64,000 bases of DNA from Verrucomicrobiia bacterium (GCA_963664225.1 OY760937.1:3904001-3968000), one strand, 5' to 3'; counted from the first letter of the stretch, positions 18,133 to 28,937 are shown. Notes: generated by a model not told the origin, from the letters alone. Program-made: numbers and translations.

Positions 18133-18279
18133 TTGTACGGAGGGGAGGCGGAAGTTCACTCGAGATGCGCGGGGATTGAGAGACGAGGATTTTAACATGG
18201 ATAAGCAGGATTGAGAAGGTGCTGGAGTCTGAGGAGCATTTGCTTGCGAACGGGAGGTTTGAGGGGTAAAAGTTGAGTC

Positions 18280-18807
18280 ATGCAAATCCCATTGGTTATG
18301 ACGGTTATCGGGCAGGACCGGCCCGGTTTGGTGGACGCGGTGGCCCGCCTGGTGGTGGAGCATGGCGGCAACTGGCTGGAGAGCCGGATGTGCCAGTTGG
18401 GCGGGGAATTTGCGGGGATTTTGCGTGTAAGCGTTCCCGCGGATCAGGAGGCGGCGTTGGGCCGCGCGTTGGAACTGCTCAAGGCGCAGGGGTTGACTGT
18501 GGTGGCGCGCGCAAGCCGGGAGCCACAAGCGCCGGAGGCCCGTCGGCTGGCGCGGTTTGAGATTGTGGGTCAGGACCGCCCCGGCATCGTTCACAATATT
18601 TCCAGCGCGCTGGCCAGCCAGGGCGTGAATGTGGAGGAATTGAACACGGAATGTGTGAGCGCGCCGATGTCCGGCGAGACGCTATTCAAGGCCGAGGCCA
18701 AGGTTCATGTGCCGGCCTCGTGCGACATGGCGCGGCTGCGGGCGGATCTGGAAAAGATCGCCAGCGATCTGCTGGTGGATTTCACGTTCGAGGAAATTCC
18801 TTCTTAA
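18280..18807 (+). CDS. Tandem ACT-domain protein (GcvR-like)
   Basis: Two GQDRPG ACT motifs; GGNWLESRM and SAPMSGETLF. Confidence 0.85.
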   Translation: MQIPLVMTVIGQDRPGLVDAVARLVVEHGGNWLESRMCQLGGEFAGILRVSVPADQEAALGRALELLKAQGLTVVARASREPQAPEARRLARFEIVGQDRPGIVHNISSALASQGVNVEELNTECVSAPMSGETLFKAEAKVHVPASCDMARLRADLEKIASDLLVDFTFEEIPS

Positions 18808-18810
18808 GAC

Positions 18811-19368
18811 TTGGACTTTCTGCGCATAGATTTGCCGCCGTGGTTGCTGGATTTCGCGCCTGAGACGGCGGAGTTCCCGGATGAAAACGCGAAGATGCGG
18901 CTGGCCATCGAGCTGTCGGCGGAAAATGTGCGGCGCAAAACGGGGGGGCCTTTTGGCGCGGCGATTTTTGAGAAGGAAACCGGGCTGCTGGCGGCGGTGG
19001 GCGTGAACAGTGTGGAGCGGTTGAATAATTCGGTGCTGCACGCGGAGGTCATGGCGATCATGCAGGCCCAGTCGCGGGCGCAGTCCTACAACCTGAACGC
19101 GCCGCAATTGCACACGCACGAATTATTCACGTCCTGCGAGCCGTGCGCGATGTGCCTGGGGGCGATTTTGTGGAGCGGAGTGCGACGGGTGGTGTGCGGT
19201 GCGGCCAAGGCGGATGCGGAGGCCATAGGATTTCACGAAGGCCCGGTGTTTCCGGAGTCGTATGCGTATCTGGAGGCTCGTGGCATCGAGATCGTTCGCA
19301 ACGTTCAGCGAGCCCGCGCGGTCAGCGTGTTCACGCAGTATCGAACTTCGGGCGGCGTGATTTATTGA
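18811..19368 (+). CDS. Nucleoside/guanine deaminase (CDA family)
   Basis: GGPFGAAI, HAE and SCEPCAMC zinc motifs; TTG start. Confidence 0.88.
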   Translation: MDFLRIDLPPWLLDFAPETAEFPDENAKMRLAIELSAENVRRKTGGPFGAAIFEKETGLLAAVGVNSVERLNNSVLHAEVMAIMQAQSRAQSYNLNAPQLHTHELFTSCEPCAMCLGAILWSGVRRVVCGAAKADAEAIGFHEGPVFPESYAYLEARGIEIVRNVQRARAVSVFTQYRTSGGVIY

Positions 19369-19487
19369 GGGTGGCAAGAAGGGGACATTCAAGAGGCGAG
19401 ACGCCTGGGTACGATTTTCAACACCGCTTTTCCGATTGAAAAAATATGGGGGCCAGCCATCATGCGGGCATAGCCTTTATTGAACTT

Positions 19488-20615
19488 ATGAATAATAACG
19501 AATCAACAGACCGCGGGATTTTCGGTCGCCGTGCGTTTATTAAAACCGCGGCTTTGGCCGGTGCCGCAGCGGCCATTCTGCCCGCTGGAATCCTGAATGC
19601 CCAGGAGACGAAGAAGACGATCACCATTGCGCTGGTTGGATGCGCGCACATTCACACGCCGAGCTTTGTGGGGTTGATCAAATCGCGCAAAGACATCCGA
19701 GTAAAAGCGGTTTGGGATCATGACGAGGCCCGGGCCGCCAAGCGCGCCGGTGAACTCAATGCCCCGGTGGTTAAAAACGTGGCGGACATCTGGAGCGATC
19801 CCGAAATTCAGGCGGTGGTGATTTGTTCGGAAACCAACCTGCACAAGGATTTGGTGACGGCGGCCGCGAAGGCGGGCAAGCACATGTTTGCGGAAAAGCC
19901 GATGGGCGTTAATGCCAGGGACAGTTGGGCGATGGCCAAGGCGATCGAACAGGCCAATGTGCTTTTCACCACGGGCTATTTCATGCGCACGGATACGAAG
20001 CACCTTTTCCTCAAGGACGAGATTGCGAAGGGGAACTTCGGCAAGATCACGCGCATTCAAGGCTCGAATTGTCACAGTGGTTCGTTAGGCGGATGGTTCG
20101 ACACGGAATGGCGCTGGATGGCGGATCCCAAAATCGCGGGTGTGGGCGGTTTCGGCGATTTGGGCACTCATTCCCTGGACATCATGATGTGGATGATGGG
20201 GGATGTGGAACGGGCGACGGCGGACATCAAGGTGGTGACGGGGCGTTATGGCGAATGCGATGAAACGGGCTGCGGATTGATCAAGTTCAAGAATGGCGTG
20301 ACTGGAACACTGGTTGCGGGCTGGGTGGATATCGCCGATCCGGTGACGTTGATGATCAGCGGGACCGAAGGTCATGCGGCGATCATCAAGGGGGAACTTT
20401 ATTATCAATCCAAGAAGGTCAAGGGCGCGGATGGCAAGGAGCCCTGGGATGATCTTCCGAAGGCACCCCGGGCGCCGATGCATCAGTTCTTCGATGCCAT
20501 TGGCGGCCAGAAGGGTCTGCCGCTGGTGACCCCGCATGAAGCCGCGGCGCGCGTGAGCGTGATGGAGTCCATGTACAAGGGAAATCGCAAGCACACCTGG
20601 TGCGTTCCCGCGTAA
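19488..20615 (+). CDS. Tat-exported Gfo/Idh/MocA family oxidoreductase
   Basis: GRRAFIK Tat motif; IALVGC, AGKHMFAEKP and GGFGDLGTH. Confidence 0.9.
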   Translation: MNNNESTDRGIFGRRAFIKTAALAGAAAAILPAGILNAQETKKTITIALVGCAHIHTPSFVGLIKSRKDIRVKAVWDHDEARAAKRAGELNAPVVKNVADIWSDPEIQAVVICSETNLHKDLVTAAAKAGKHMFAEKPMGVNARDSWAMAKAIEQANVLFTTGYFMRTDTKHLFLKDEIAKGNFGKITRIQGSNCHSGSLGGWFDTEWRWMADPKIAGVGGFGDLGTHSLDIMMWMMGDVERATADIKVVTGRYGECDETGCGLIKFKNGVTGTLVAGWVDIADPVTLMISGTEGHAAIIKGELYYQSKKVKGADGKEPWDDLPKAPRAPMHQFFDAIGGQKGLPLVTPHEAAARVSVMESMYKGNRKHTWCVPA

Positions 20616-20644
20616 GAATCGGCTTAATTAGTTTTGCAGTGCAC

Positions 20645-20670
20645 AGACGCGTCTTGGGGCGCGTCTTTTT
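20645..20670 (+). terminator. Intrinsic terminator
   Basis: AGACGCGTC-TTGG-GGCGCGTCT followed by TTTT. Confidence 0.75.
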
Positions 20671-20846
20671 ATTGTATCTGAGGTGGAAAGAGAGGGCGGA
20701 TTGGAAGCATTGCAACCAGTTGGGGTTAAGCTGAATAAGTTCAATCAATGGGCCTCTGGAGGTGGTCTGAATTCAAAATAAACTGGTGTTGAATCGGGGC
20801 TTCCCTCAAAATCCCCGCCTGTGAACCTGGGCAAAGCCCACATGCA

Positions 20847-21083
20847 ATGAAAGCAAAGATAATCATTACACCGAAGAAGGCCGTGGTGGACCCGCAGGGC
20901 AAGGCCGTTCAAAACGCCTTGTTGAACATGGGTTGTCAGGGTATCGGGGCGGTACATGTCGGCAAGTATCTGGAGATCGAAGTGAGCGGGGCACCCGAGG
21001 CGGCGCGACGCACGATCGACGAGGCTTGTCATAAAATTTTGAGCAATCCGGTGATCGAAGATTACCATTTCACGCTGGAATAA
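20847..21083 (+). CDS. purS: FGAM synthase subunit PurS
   Basis: DPQG..VGK..LSNPVIEDY. Confidence 0.95.
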   Translation: MKAKIIITPKKAVVDPQGKAVQNALLNMGCQGIGAVHVGKYLEIEVSGAPEAARRTIDEACHKILSNPVIEDYHFTLE

Positions 21084-21797
21084 ATGAATTTCGCGGTCCT
21101 TCAATTTCCGGGGAGCAATTGCGACCAGGATTGTGTGCATGTGCTTCATAATGTGATGGGTTACAGCGCGCGGTTGCTGTGGCACAAAGAGACTTCCCTG
21201 GGGGATGTGGATGCGGTGCTGGTGCCCGGAGGATTCAGCTACGGGGATTATTTGCGCACGGGGGCCATTGCGCGGTTCAGCCCGGTGATGAAGGCGGTGC
21301 AGGGGTTTGCGGCGCAAGGCGGACTGATTCTGGGGATTTGCAATGGGTTTCAGATCCTTTGCGAGGCGGGGTTGTTGCCCGGGGCATTGGTCCGGAACCG
21401 TTCGCTGCAATTTCGCTGCGAGCATGTGTTTTTGAAGACGGCGACGCGGCATTCTCCCTTTACGAGCCACGTTCCAGAGGGCCAATTGCTGCGGATACCG
21501 GTGGCGCATGGGGATGGCGGATTCTTTGCGGACGCGGCCACGCTTCAAACGATGAAGCAGAAGGATCAGGTGCTCTGGTATTATGCGGATGCGCAGGGCC
21601 AGACCACGACGGAAGCCAATCCGAACGGATCGTTGGAGAATATCGCAGGGGTGTGCAACGAGGCGCGGAATGTGGCGGGTTTGATGCCGCATCCCGAGCG
21701 GGCCAGTGAAAGCATTCTGGGCTGCACGGATGGCCTGCGGATATTCGAGAGCATGGTCGATTTTCTCCAAAAAAAGCCCCGGGCCAAAGCGGCTTGA
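21084..21797 (+). CDS. purQ: FGAM synthase glutaminase subunit PurQ
   Basis: FPGSNCD, PGGFSYGDYLR, GICNGFQ and MPHPER. Confidence 0.97.
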   Translation: MNFAVLQFPGSNCDQDCVHVLHNVMGYSARLLWHKETSLGDVDAVLVPGGFSYGDYLRTGAIARFSPVMKAVQGFAAQGGLILGICNGFQILCEAGLLPGALVRNRSLQFRCEHVFLKTATRHSPFTSHVPEGQLLRIPVAHGDGGFFADAATLQTMKQKDQVLWYYADAQGQTTTEANPNGSLENIAGVCNEARNVAGLMPHPERASESILGCTDGLRIFESMVDFLQKKPRAKAA

Positions 21798-21902
21798 GTT
21801 GGGTTTCGATGGTGGGAAACCACCAGACCGGTCACGGTTTGCCCGTTAATTTAAAGAAATCAGGCGCGGCAGCAGCCAATTTAACTTAATAATTTCGATA
21901 CG

Positions 21903-24212
21903 ATGAACGATCCCGAGATCACGCCGGAGTTAGTCAAAAAGCACGGGCTTACGCCCGATGAATTTGAGCGCATCAAGGCCATTCTGGGCCGGACTCCGAA
22001 TTATACCGAGCTGGGTATTTTTTCGGTGATGTGGAGCGAGCACTGCTCTTACAAGAGCACACGGCCGTTGCTGAAGGGATTTCCGACCAAATCGCCACGG
22101 ATTCTGGTCGCGGCAGGGGAAGAGAACGCTGGGATTATCGATATCGGTGGCGGATTGGCGATCGCATTCAAGATCGAGTCTCATAACCATCCCAGCGCAG
22201 TGGAACCATTTCAGGGGGCGGCGACGGGGGTGGGGGGGATCATACGGGATATTTTTACGATGGGGGCACGGCCGATTTGTGCGATTAACTCGTTGCGGTT
22301 CGGGGAGTTAAGTTCGCCGGACGTGCGAAGACTGTTTAGCGGGGTGGTGGCGGGCATCGCGCATTACGGAAATTGTTTTGGAATTCCGACGATTGCGGGC
22401 GAGGTTTATTTCGACGCGTCCTACGAGGGAAATCCTCTCGTTAACGCATTCTGCCTTGGAGTGTTACGTCACGATCAGATCGCAAGGGGGGCGGCCAAGG
22501 GGGTGGGCAATCCGGTGTTCTATGTGGGGCCGGCGACGGGGCGGGATGGGTTGGCCGGGGCGGCATTTGCTTCACAGGATTTAACGGAGGAATCTGCTGA
22601 ACATCAGCGCGGTGCGGTGCAAGTGGGCGATCCTTTCATGGAGAAGTTGGTGATGGAGGCGTGCATTGAATTGCTGGCGACGGATGCGGTGGCCGGGATT
22701 CAGGACATGGGGGCGGCGGGTTTGACCTGTTCGACGTGCGAGACGGCGGCGCGGGCGGGCACGGGCATCGAGATCGATTTAAGCAAGGTGCCGCAGCGTG
22801 GCGCGAACATGTCCACTTACGAGATCATGCTCAGCGAGTCGCAGGAGCGGATGTTGATCATCGTCAAAAAAGGGCGCGAAGCGGAGGTTCAGCGGATATT
22901 CGACAAATGGGATTTGCCCTGGGCGGAGATCGGCCATGTGACGGATACGGGGCGGATGGTGGTGCGCAATCACGGGGCGATGGTGGCGGACATTCCGGCA
23001 CGACAAATTGCGGATGAATCGCCGATTTACCAGCGGGCTTACAAGGAACCGGCTTATTTGAGCGAGGTGGCCAAATTCACGCTGGACCAGGTGGCGGATA
23101 CGAAGACGCCGGTGGCCGTGCTGGAGAGTTTGATGGCCTGGCCATCGATTGCCTCGAAGAATTGGGTGTATCGCCAGTATGACCACATGGTGCGGGACGG
23201 TTCGGTGGTGTGCCCGGGTTCCGATGCGGCCGTGGTGCGAATCAAGGGGGATTCCCTGCCGCTGGCGGCCGGGGAGACGGTGCCGCCGCAGATTCCGGAC
23301 CGTTACATTGCCATGAGCGTGGATTGTAACGCGTTCTACGTGTATCTGGATCCGAAGGAAGGCAGCAAAATAGCGGTGGCGGAGTGTGCGCGCAATCTGG
23401 CGTGTTCCGGTGCCGTGCCGTTGGGGGTGACGGACAATTTGAATTTCGGCAGTCCGATGAATCCGGAGATTTTCTGGCAGTTGCGCAAGTCGGTCGAAGG
23501 ACTGGCGGAGGCCTGCCGGTTTTTCGATACGCCGGTCACGGGCGGGAATGTGAGCCTTTACAATCAGAATCCGAGTGGGGCGATCGATCCGACGCCGACG
23601 GTGGCGATGGTGGGTTTGATCGAGGATCGGGCGCACATCACGACGCAGTGGTTCAAGGAGGAGGGCGATGTGGTGATCCTGTTGAACGACGCGGTGGATG
23701 CGCAGGATGCGCTGGGCGGGTTGGGAGGTTCGGCCTATTTGTTCACGGCGCATGGATTGAAGACGGGCAAGCCGCCGCGTTGCGACATGCCCAGGGAGAA
23801 GGCGGTGCATGACACGGTGCGGGCGTTGATCCGGGCTGGCTGGGTGCGCAGCGCGCATGATTGCAGCGAGGGCGGGCTGGCAGTGGCGCTGGCGGAGTCG
23901 TGTCTGTCCCATCAAACGGCGCGCAACACACCGTTGTTGGTGGGCGCGAAGGTGGATTTGAGCGGGTGGGATGCGAGCCGTCTGGACGCCTTGTTGTTCG
24001 GCGAGGCGCAAGGGCGTATTGTGATTTCAGTGGCAAAGAAAAATGTCGATCAGGTGCTGGCCAAGGCGCGCGAGATGGGAGTGCCGGCAACGCGGCTGGG
24101 CGAAACGGGCGGGACGGCGCTGGAAATAAAGGCCAAAGGCCAAACGTATTCATGGAGCCTTGGCCGGTTGCATGGGTTATGGTGGAATGCGATCGCGAAC
24201 GCGATGAAATAA
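21903..24212 (+). CDS. purL: FGAM synthase subunit PurL (small type)
   Basis: [33 protein letters not shown] and HDCSEGG. Confidence 0.97.
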   Translation: MNDPEITPELVKKHGLTPDEFERIKAILGRTPNYTELGIFSVMWSEHCSYKSTRPLLKGFPTKSPRILVAAGEENAGIIDIGGGLAIAFKIESHNHPSAVEPFQGAATGVGGIIRDIFTMGARPICAINSLRFGELSSPDVRRLFSGVVAGIAHYGNCFGIPTIAGEVYFDASYEGNPLVNAFCLGVLRHDQIARGAAKGVGNPVFYVGPATGRDGLAGAAFASQDLTEESAEHQRGAVQVGDPFMEKLVMEACIELLATDAVAGIQDMGAAGLTCSTCETAARAGTGIEIDLSKVPQRGANMSTYEIMLSESQERMLIIVKKGREAEVQRIFDKWDLPWAEIGHVTDTGRMVVRNHGAMVADIPARQIADESPIYQRAYKEPAYLSEVAKFTLDQVADTKTPVAVLESLMAWPSIASKNWVYRQYDHMVRDGSVVCPGSDAAVVRIKGDSLPLAAGETVPPQIPDRYIAMSVDCNAFYVYLDPKEGSKIAVAECARNLACSGAVPLGVTDNLNFGSPMNPEIFWQLRKSVEGLAEACRFFDTPVTGGNVSLYNQNPSGAIDPTPTVAMVGLIEDRAHITTQWFKEEGDVVILLNDAVDAQDALGGLGGSAYLFTAHGLKTGKPPRCDMPREKAVHDTVRALIRAGWVRSAHDCSEGGLAVALAESCLSHQTARNTPLLVGAKVDLSGWDASRLDALLFGEAQGRIVISVAKKNVDQVLAKAREMGVPATRLGETGGTALEIKAKGQTYSWSLGRLHGLWWNAIANAMK

Positions 24213-24241
24213 CCCGGCTCGAAAAGTTTTTCCTCATACAC

Positions 24242-25702
24242 ATGCAAAATTATCCCAAGCATTATTGCGGTTTAATGGGTATTTACGGCCATCCCAATGC
24301 GGCTGAGCTGACCTATTACGGGCTCTACGCGCTGCAGCATCGGGGGCAGGAGAGCGCGGGCATTGTGACGTCGGACGGCAAGCAATTCCGGGTACACCGG
24401 GGCATGGGATTGGTGCCGCAGGTGTTCACGGGGGACGTGTTGCATAACCTGGTGGGATCGATGGCGGTGGGGCACACGCGGTATTCGACGACGGGGTCGT
24501 CCCACATCCGCAACGCGCAGCCGCTGACGGTGGATTGCGGGCGGGGGCAGATTGCGATCGCGCATAACGGGAATTTGACGAATGCGGCGCAGTTGCGGGA
24601 CGAGCTGGAGTCCCAGGGATCGATTTTTCAGACGACGGTGGACAGCGAGATCATTCTGCACCTGATGGCGCAACCGACGATAGGGGGGAATGAGAATAAT
24701 TTGATCCAGACGATGCACCGGATCGAGGGGGCGTATTCGCTGGTCATCATGACGGAGCAGGAATTGATCGGGGTGCGGGATCCTTTTGGGTTTCGCCCGC
24801 TGGTGCTGGGCAAGGTGGACGATGCGTGGGTGCTGGCGAGTGAGACCTGCGCGCTGGATTTGATTCATGCGCGGTTTGTCCGGGACATCGAACCGGGGGA
24901 GATTGTCATCATCGACAAGAGCGGGGTGCGGTCGATTCAGGCGTTTCCGGACCAAAAACGGCGTTCGTTCTGCATTTTCGAGTTTGTGTATTTTGCGCGG
25001 CCGGACAGCACGATGCAGGGGCGCAGTGTTTACAAGGCGCGGGTGGAGATGGGGCGGCAACTGGCGCGGGAGAATCCGGTGGAGGCGGATCTGGTGATTC
25101 CGGTGCCGGACAGCGGGAATTGCGCGGCGCTGGGGTTCTCGATGGAATCGAAGATTCCCTACGAGATGGCGTTTGTGCGCAACCACTATGTGGGGCGGAG
25201 CTTTTTGCAGCCATCGCAGTTGATTCGGGATTTCAACGTGCGGGTGAAATTGAATTTGATTGAGGAATTGGTGTGCGGGAAGCGGGTGGTGATCGTGGAC
25301 GATTCGATTGTGCGCGGAACGACGTTCAAGACGCGGGTGGCCAATCTCAAGGAGGCGGGGGCGACGGAGGTGCATGTGCGGGTGAGTTGTCCGCCACATC
25401 GCAATCCTTGCGTGTATGGGATCGATTTTCCGGATCGGAGCAAGCTGATGGCGGCGAATTACTCGATTGAGGAGATCCGGCAGTACATGGGGGCGGACTC
25501 GCTGGCGTATTTGTCGCAGGAGGGGATGGTGCGGGCGACGGGATTGCCGGAGGCGGGTTTTTGCATGGCCTGCTATGACGGGAATTATCCGGTGCCTTAC
25601 GATCCGGTGCTCAGCAAGAACATCATGGAGCGGCGGCGCGGACGGGTAATGGGGCTGGGCGAGGCGCTTACCAAGGACGAGATGCAGATCAAACTGCTGT
25701 AA
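24242..25702 (+). CDS. purF: Amidophosphoribosyltransferase
   Basis: Short propeptide MQNYPKHY then Ntn Cys (CGLMG); QHRGQESAG, GHTRYST, VDDSIVRGTT; Fe-S cysteines (FCMACY). Confidence 0.97.
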   Translation: MQNYPKHYCGLMGIYGHPNAAELTYYGLYALQHRGQESAGIVTSDGKQFRVHRGMGLVPQVFTGDVLHNLVGSMAVGHTRYSTTGSSHIRNAQPLTVDCGRGQIAIAHNGNLTNAAQLRDELESQGSIFQTTVDSEIILHLMAQPTIGGNENNLIQTMHRIEGAYSLVIMTEQELIGVRDPFGFRPLVLGKVDDAWVLASETCALDLIHARFVRDIEPGEIVIIDKSGVRSIQAFPDQKRRSFCIFEFVYFARPDSTMQGRSVYKARVEMGRQLARENPVEADLVIPVPDSGNCAALGFSMESKIPYEMAFVRNHYVGRSFLQPSQLIRDFNVRVKLNLIEELVCGKRVVIVDDSIVRGTTFKTRVANLKEAGATEVHVRVSCPPHRNPCVYGIDFPDRSKLMAANYSIEEIRQYMGADSLAYLSQEGMVRATGLPEAGFCMACYDGNYPVPYDPVLSKNIMERRRGRVMGLGEALTKDEMQIKLL

Positions 25703-25825
25703 AAGAGAGGCGTGGGGCGCTGGTTTTGGATTCATGGGCCAGGCGGCAGGGGTAGTAAATTCGATTTAAGTTGTTTGTAGCGAGCAAGATGTAAGATTGA
25801 TTTTCGGGTGGCAAAGATCGGTCAA

Positions 25826-25878
25826 AATAATTTAGAAAAACTTTGACATGAAAATTGCGGCCCCCTAGATTGGTGGCG
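25826..25878 (+). promoter_or_regulatory. Sigma70-type promoter of the tRNA-Thr/tuf super-operon
   Basis: TTGACA (25843-25848), 17-bp spacer, TAGATT (25866-25871); AT-rich UP-like tract upstream and GC-rich discriminator GGTGGCG. Confidence 0.7.
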
Positions 25879-25990
25879 GTTTAAGACCGAAAGAAATTGA
25901 AGCATTAAATCCTGACCTTTTTGTAAAAAGGAAGGATTAATGGGTATTTGTCGCTTTGTTCAAGAGTTGAACTTTGCACAAGAGATCCAT

Positions 25991-26066
<76 letters not shown>

Positions 26067-26136
26067 TAATTTGGCTTGGGCTGGAAACGGCCAGTTTGAA
26101 AGAACAAACAGAAAAAACTAAAACACAGGAATAGCA

Positions 26137-27327
26137 ATGGCTAAGGAAGCATTTCAAAGAACGAAACCGCACGTAAATATTGGAACGATTGGACACATCG
26201 ATCATGGCAAGTCCACTCTGACGGCGGCGATTGTCGAAGTGCAGGCAAAGAGGGGTTTGGCGACACCGATTTCCTATGCGGATATCACCAAAGGCGGCAC
26301 GGTTCGCGACGAAACCAAGACGGTGACAATTGCCGTTTCCCATGTGGAATATCAGAGCGAGAAGCGCCATTACGCCCACGTTGACTGTCCAGGACATGCG
26401 GATTTCGTGAAGAACATGATCACCGGCGCGGCGCAGATGGACGGCGCGATTCTGGTGGTGGATGCCTCGGAAGGCCCGATGCCTCAGACCCGCGAGCATG
26501 TGCTGCTGGCCCGCCAGGTGGGCGTGCCCACGATGGTGATTTTCCTCAACAAGGTGGATTTGGTTGACGATCCCGAGTTGCTGGAGCTGGTGGAGATGGA
26601 ATTGCGCGATCTGTTGACCAAGTATGGTTTTCCTGGTGACAAGACTCCGATCATTCGCGGCAGCGCGAAGGCGGCTTTGGCGCACACACCCGAGGGCGAG
26701 AAGGCGATCGCGGATTTGCTGGCGGCGGTGGACGAATACATTCCGTTGCCGCAGCGCGAGATCGACAAGCCGTTCTTGATGAGCATCGAGGATGTGTTCA
26801 ACATTGAAGGTCGCGGAACGGTGGTGACCGGACGTGTGGAACGCGGTGAGTTGAACCGCATGCAGGAAGTCGAGATCGTCGGCTTGAAGGACACGCGCAA
26901 GACGACGGCGACGGACATTGAAATGTTCCGCAAGTTGCTGGACAAGGCGTCGGCCGGTGATAACGTCGGCGTTCTTCTGCGCGGCACGAAGAAAGAGGAT
27001 GTGGAACGCGGAATGGTTTTGGCCAAGCCGGGTTCGATCACGCCTCACACGAAGTTCAAGGCGGAAGTGTATGTGTTGTCGAAAGACGAGGGTGGCCGTC
27101 ACACGCCGTTCTTCAACAAGTATCGTCCGCAGTTCTATTTCCGCACGACGGACGTGACGGGTAATGTGACTTTGCCTGAGGGCGTCGAGATGGTCATGCC
27201 TGGGGACAATGTTTCGGTGGAAATCGAATTGATTGCTCCTGTCGCCATGGAGAAGACACTGCGCTTCGCCATTCGCGAAGGCGGACGCACGATTGGCGCG
27301 GGTCGTATCAGCGAGATTATCGCCTGA
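26137..27327 (+). CDS. tuf: Elongation factor Tu
   Basis: [37 protein letters not shown]. Confidence 0.99.
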   Translation: MAKEAFQRTKPHVNIGTIGHIDHGKSTLTAAIVEVQAKRGLATPISYADITKGGTVRDETKTVTIAVSHVEYQSEKRHYAHVDCPGHADFVKNMITGAAQMDGAILVVDASEGPMPQTREHVLLARQVGVPTMVIFLNKVDLVDDPELLELVEMELRDLLTKYGFPGDKTPIIRGSAKAALAHTPEGEKAIADLLAAVDEYIPLPQREIDKPFLMSIEDVFNIEGRGTVVTGRVERGELNRMQEVEIVGLKDTRKTTATDIEMFRKLLDKASAGDNVGVLLRGTKKEDVERGMVLAKPGSITPHTKFKAEVYVLSKDEGGRHTPFFNKYRPQFYFRTTDVTGNVTLPEGVEMVMPGDNVSVEIELIAPVAMEKTLRFAIREGGRTIGAGRISEIIA

Positions 27328-27435
27328 TCCGGCGGGATGAGATTTGCCTGGGCGGGGCTGAGAGTTGAAACTCAGCCCTGCCGGGCAAGCGAGGTGGTGG
27401 TCTGTCAGCGCGGGGAATCAGGACAGGCAGGGCTT

Positions 27436-27511
27436 AGGGCGGTAGCTCAATTGGTAGAGTAGCGGTCTCCAAAACCGTTGGTTGGGGGTTCAAGTCCCTC
27501 CCGCCCTGCCA
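27436..27511 (+). tRNA. tRNA-Trp(CCA)
   Basis: Anticodon arm GCGGT-CTCCAAA-ACCGT; GGTTCAAGTC; CCA end. Confidence 0.97.
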
Positions 27512-27525
27512 AAACTGGCGATGCC

Positions 27526-27614
27526 GGAGGGGTGGCAGAGCGGTTGATTGCGGCGGTCTTGAAAACCGCTAAGGCCTAAAACCTTCGGGGGTTCGAATCC
27601 CTCCCCCTCCGCCA
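27526..27614 (+). tRNA. tRNA-Ser(TGA)
   Basis: 89 nt; anticodon arm GCGGT-CTTGAAA-ACCGC; long variable arm AAGG..CCTT; GCCA end. Confidence 0.95.
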
Positions 27615-27628
27615 AGATTCGAGGATTT

Positions 27629-27886
27629 GTGAAAGATTATTATTCGTTAATCATTTGGGTGTTGGTGATCGGGGCTGGATTTGCCTATGCGTGGCGCAAA
27701 GGTCTCCTGCTTCGGTTGTCCAATTATATTCAGGGCACGCAAGAGGAACTGCGCAAATGCACCTGGCCGTCGAAAGAGGAGTTGAAGGGATCGACGGCGG
27801 TGGTGATGGTGTCGATTCTTTTATTGGGCGTGTTCACGGTGGGCGTCGATTTATTCATCACCCTGGTCGTGCGTTTGATAACTTAA
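27629..27886 (+). CDS. secE: Preprotein translocase subunit SecE
   Basis: ELRKCTWPSKEEL motif; lies before nusG; extra N-terminal hydrophobic segment. Confidence 0.93.
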   Translation: MKDYYSLIIWVLVIGAGFAYAWRKGLLLRLSNYIQGTQEELRKCTWPSKEELKGSTAVVMVSILLLGVFTVGVDLFITLVVRLIT

Positions 27887-27907
27887 GCCCGTTGGTGTAA
27901 TTATAAA

Positions 27908-28459
27908 ATGATGAAAAGCCAATGGTTTGTGCTTCACACTCTGGCCGGACAGGAGCAGCGGGTCAAGGAGAGCATCGAGAAGCGGCTTAAGGCCGAGGAA
28001 ATGGGTGAGTATATCCATGAGGTGCTGGTGCCCATGGAGAAGGTGGCCGAGGTGCGCAATGGGAAGAAGTCGGTGACGACGCGCAAGCTTTATCCCGGGT
28101 ATGTGTTTGTGGACATGCTTTTGTTGGACGATACTGCACGGATCATCGAGAAGCCGTGGTATTTTATCCGGGACACGCAGGGGATCATTGGATTTGTGGG
28201 AGGCGAGAGGCCGACTCCGGCGTCGCCCGAGGAGATTGCGTCGATCAAGGCGCAGATAACGGAGTCCGAGGATCAGGAGAAGCCGAAGGTGAATTTTGAG
28301 ATCGGCGAGACGGTGAAGATCAACGACGGACCGTTTTTGAATTTCAGCGGCGTGATTGAGGAAGTGGATCCGACACGCGGCAAGTTAAAGGTGACTGTGA
28401 ATATATTTGGCCGCAACACGCCGGTCGAATTGGAATATTGGCAAGTGGAGAAAGCATAG
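27908..28459 (+). CDS. nusG: Transcription termination/antitermination factor NusG
   Basis: WFVLHT..GQE, LYPGYV, KOW domain DGPF..IFGRNTPVEL. Confidence 0.98.
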   Translation: MMKSQWFVLHTLAGQEQRVKESIEKRLKAEEMGEYIHEVLVPMEKVAEVRNGKKSVTTRKLYPGYVFVDMLLLDDTARIIEKPWYFIRDTQGIIGFVGGERPTPASPEEIASIKAQITESEDQEKPKVNFEIGETVKINDGPFLNFSGVIEEVDPTRGKLKVTVNIFGRNTPVELEYWQVEKA

Positions 28460-28465
28460 TTTTTT

Positions 28466-28891
28466 ATGGCAAAAAAGGTAGTAGGCAAGATCAAGTTGCA
28501 GATTCCCGCCGGGCAGGCGAATCCGGCGCCGCCGGTGGGGCCGGCTTTGGGTCAGCAGGGGGTGAACATCATGGCCTTCTGCAAGGAATTTAACGCGGCC
28601 ACGAAGGATCAACCTGGAATGATTATTCCGGTGATCATCACGGTGTTTCAGGATAAATCGTTTACGTTTATCACGAAGAGTCCGCCGGCTTCGATTCTGT
28701 TGAAGAAAGCGGCTGGAGTGGCGACGGCGTCCAAGATGCCCAATAAAGAAAAGGTGGGCAAGGTGACGCGCAAGCAGGTGATGGACATCGTCAAACTGAA
28801 AGCCAAGGATTTAAACGCCAAGGACGACGAGGCGGCATTCCGCATGATTGCCGGGACGGCCCGGAACATGGGAATCGAAATTGTCGGTTAA
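28466..28891 (+). CDS. rplK: 50S ribosomal protein L11
   Basis: [13 protein letters not shown]. Confidence 0.99.
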   Translation: MAKKVVGKIKLQIPAGQANPAPPVGPALGQQGVNIMAFCKEFNAATKDQPGMIIPVIITVFQDKSFTFITKSPPASILLKKAAGVATASKMPNKEKVGKVTRKQVMDIVKLKAKDLNAKDDEAAFRMIAGTARNMGIEIVG

Positions 28892-28937
28892 ACATTAAAC
28901 CGCGGGAGAGCGCACGCTCGTTTGAACCGCTATAATC

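Noticed and set aside
20750..20846. ZTP riboswitch upstream of purS (GCC..CCTGGGCA 3' motif)
   Set aside because: There is no GACTGRCG pseudoknot partner and no GTGG..CCAC P2 upstream. An Rfam cmscan would be decisive.
23861..24241. N-terminal extension of PurF in the ORF track (613 aa)
   Set aside because: It overlaps purL; the Ntn cysteine context supports a start at ATG 24242.
27526..27614. Possible tRNA-Sec or suppressor tRNA (long variable arm, TGA in the loop)
   Set aside because: The anticodon is TGA, which reads UCA (Ser); tRNA-Sec needs TCA. The acceptor stem is a standard 7 bp.
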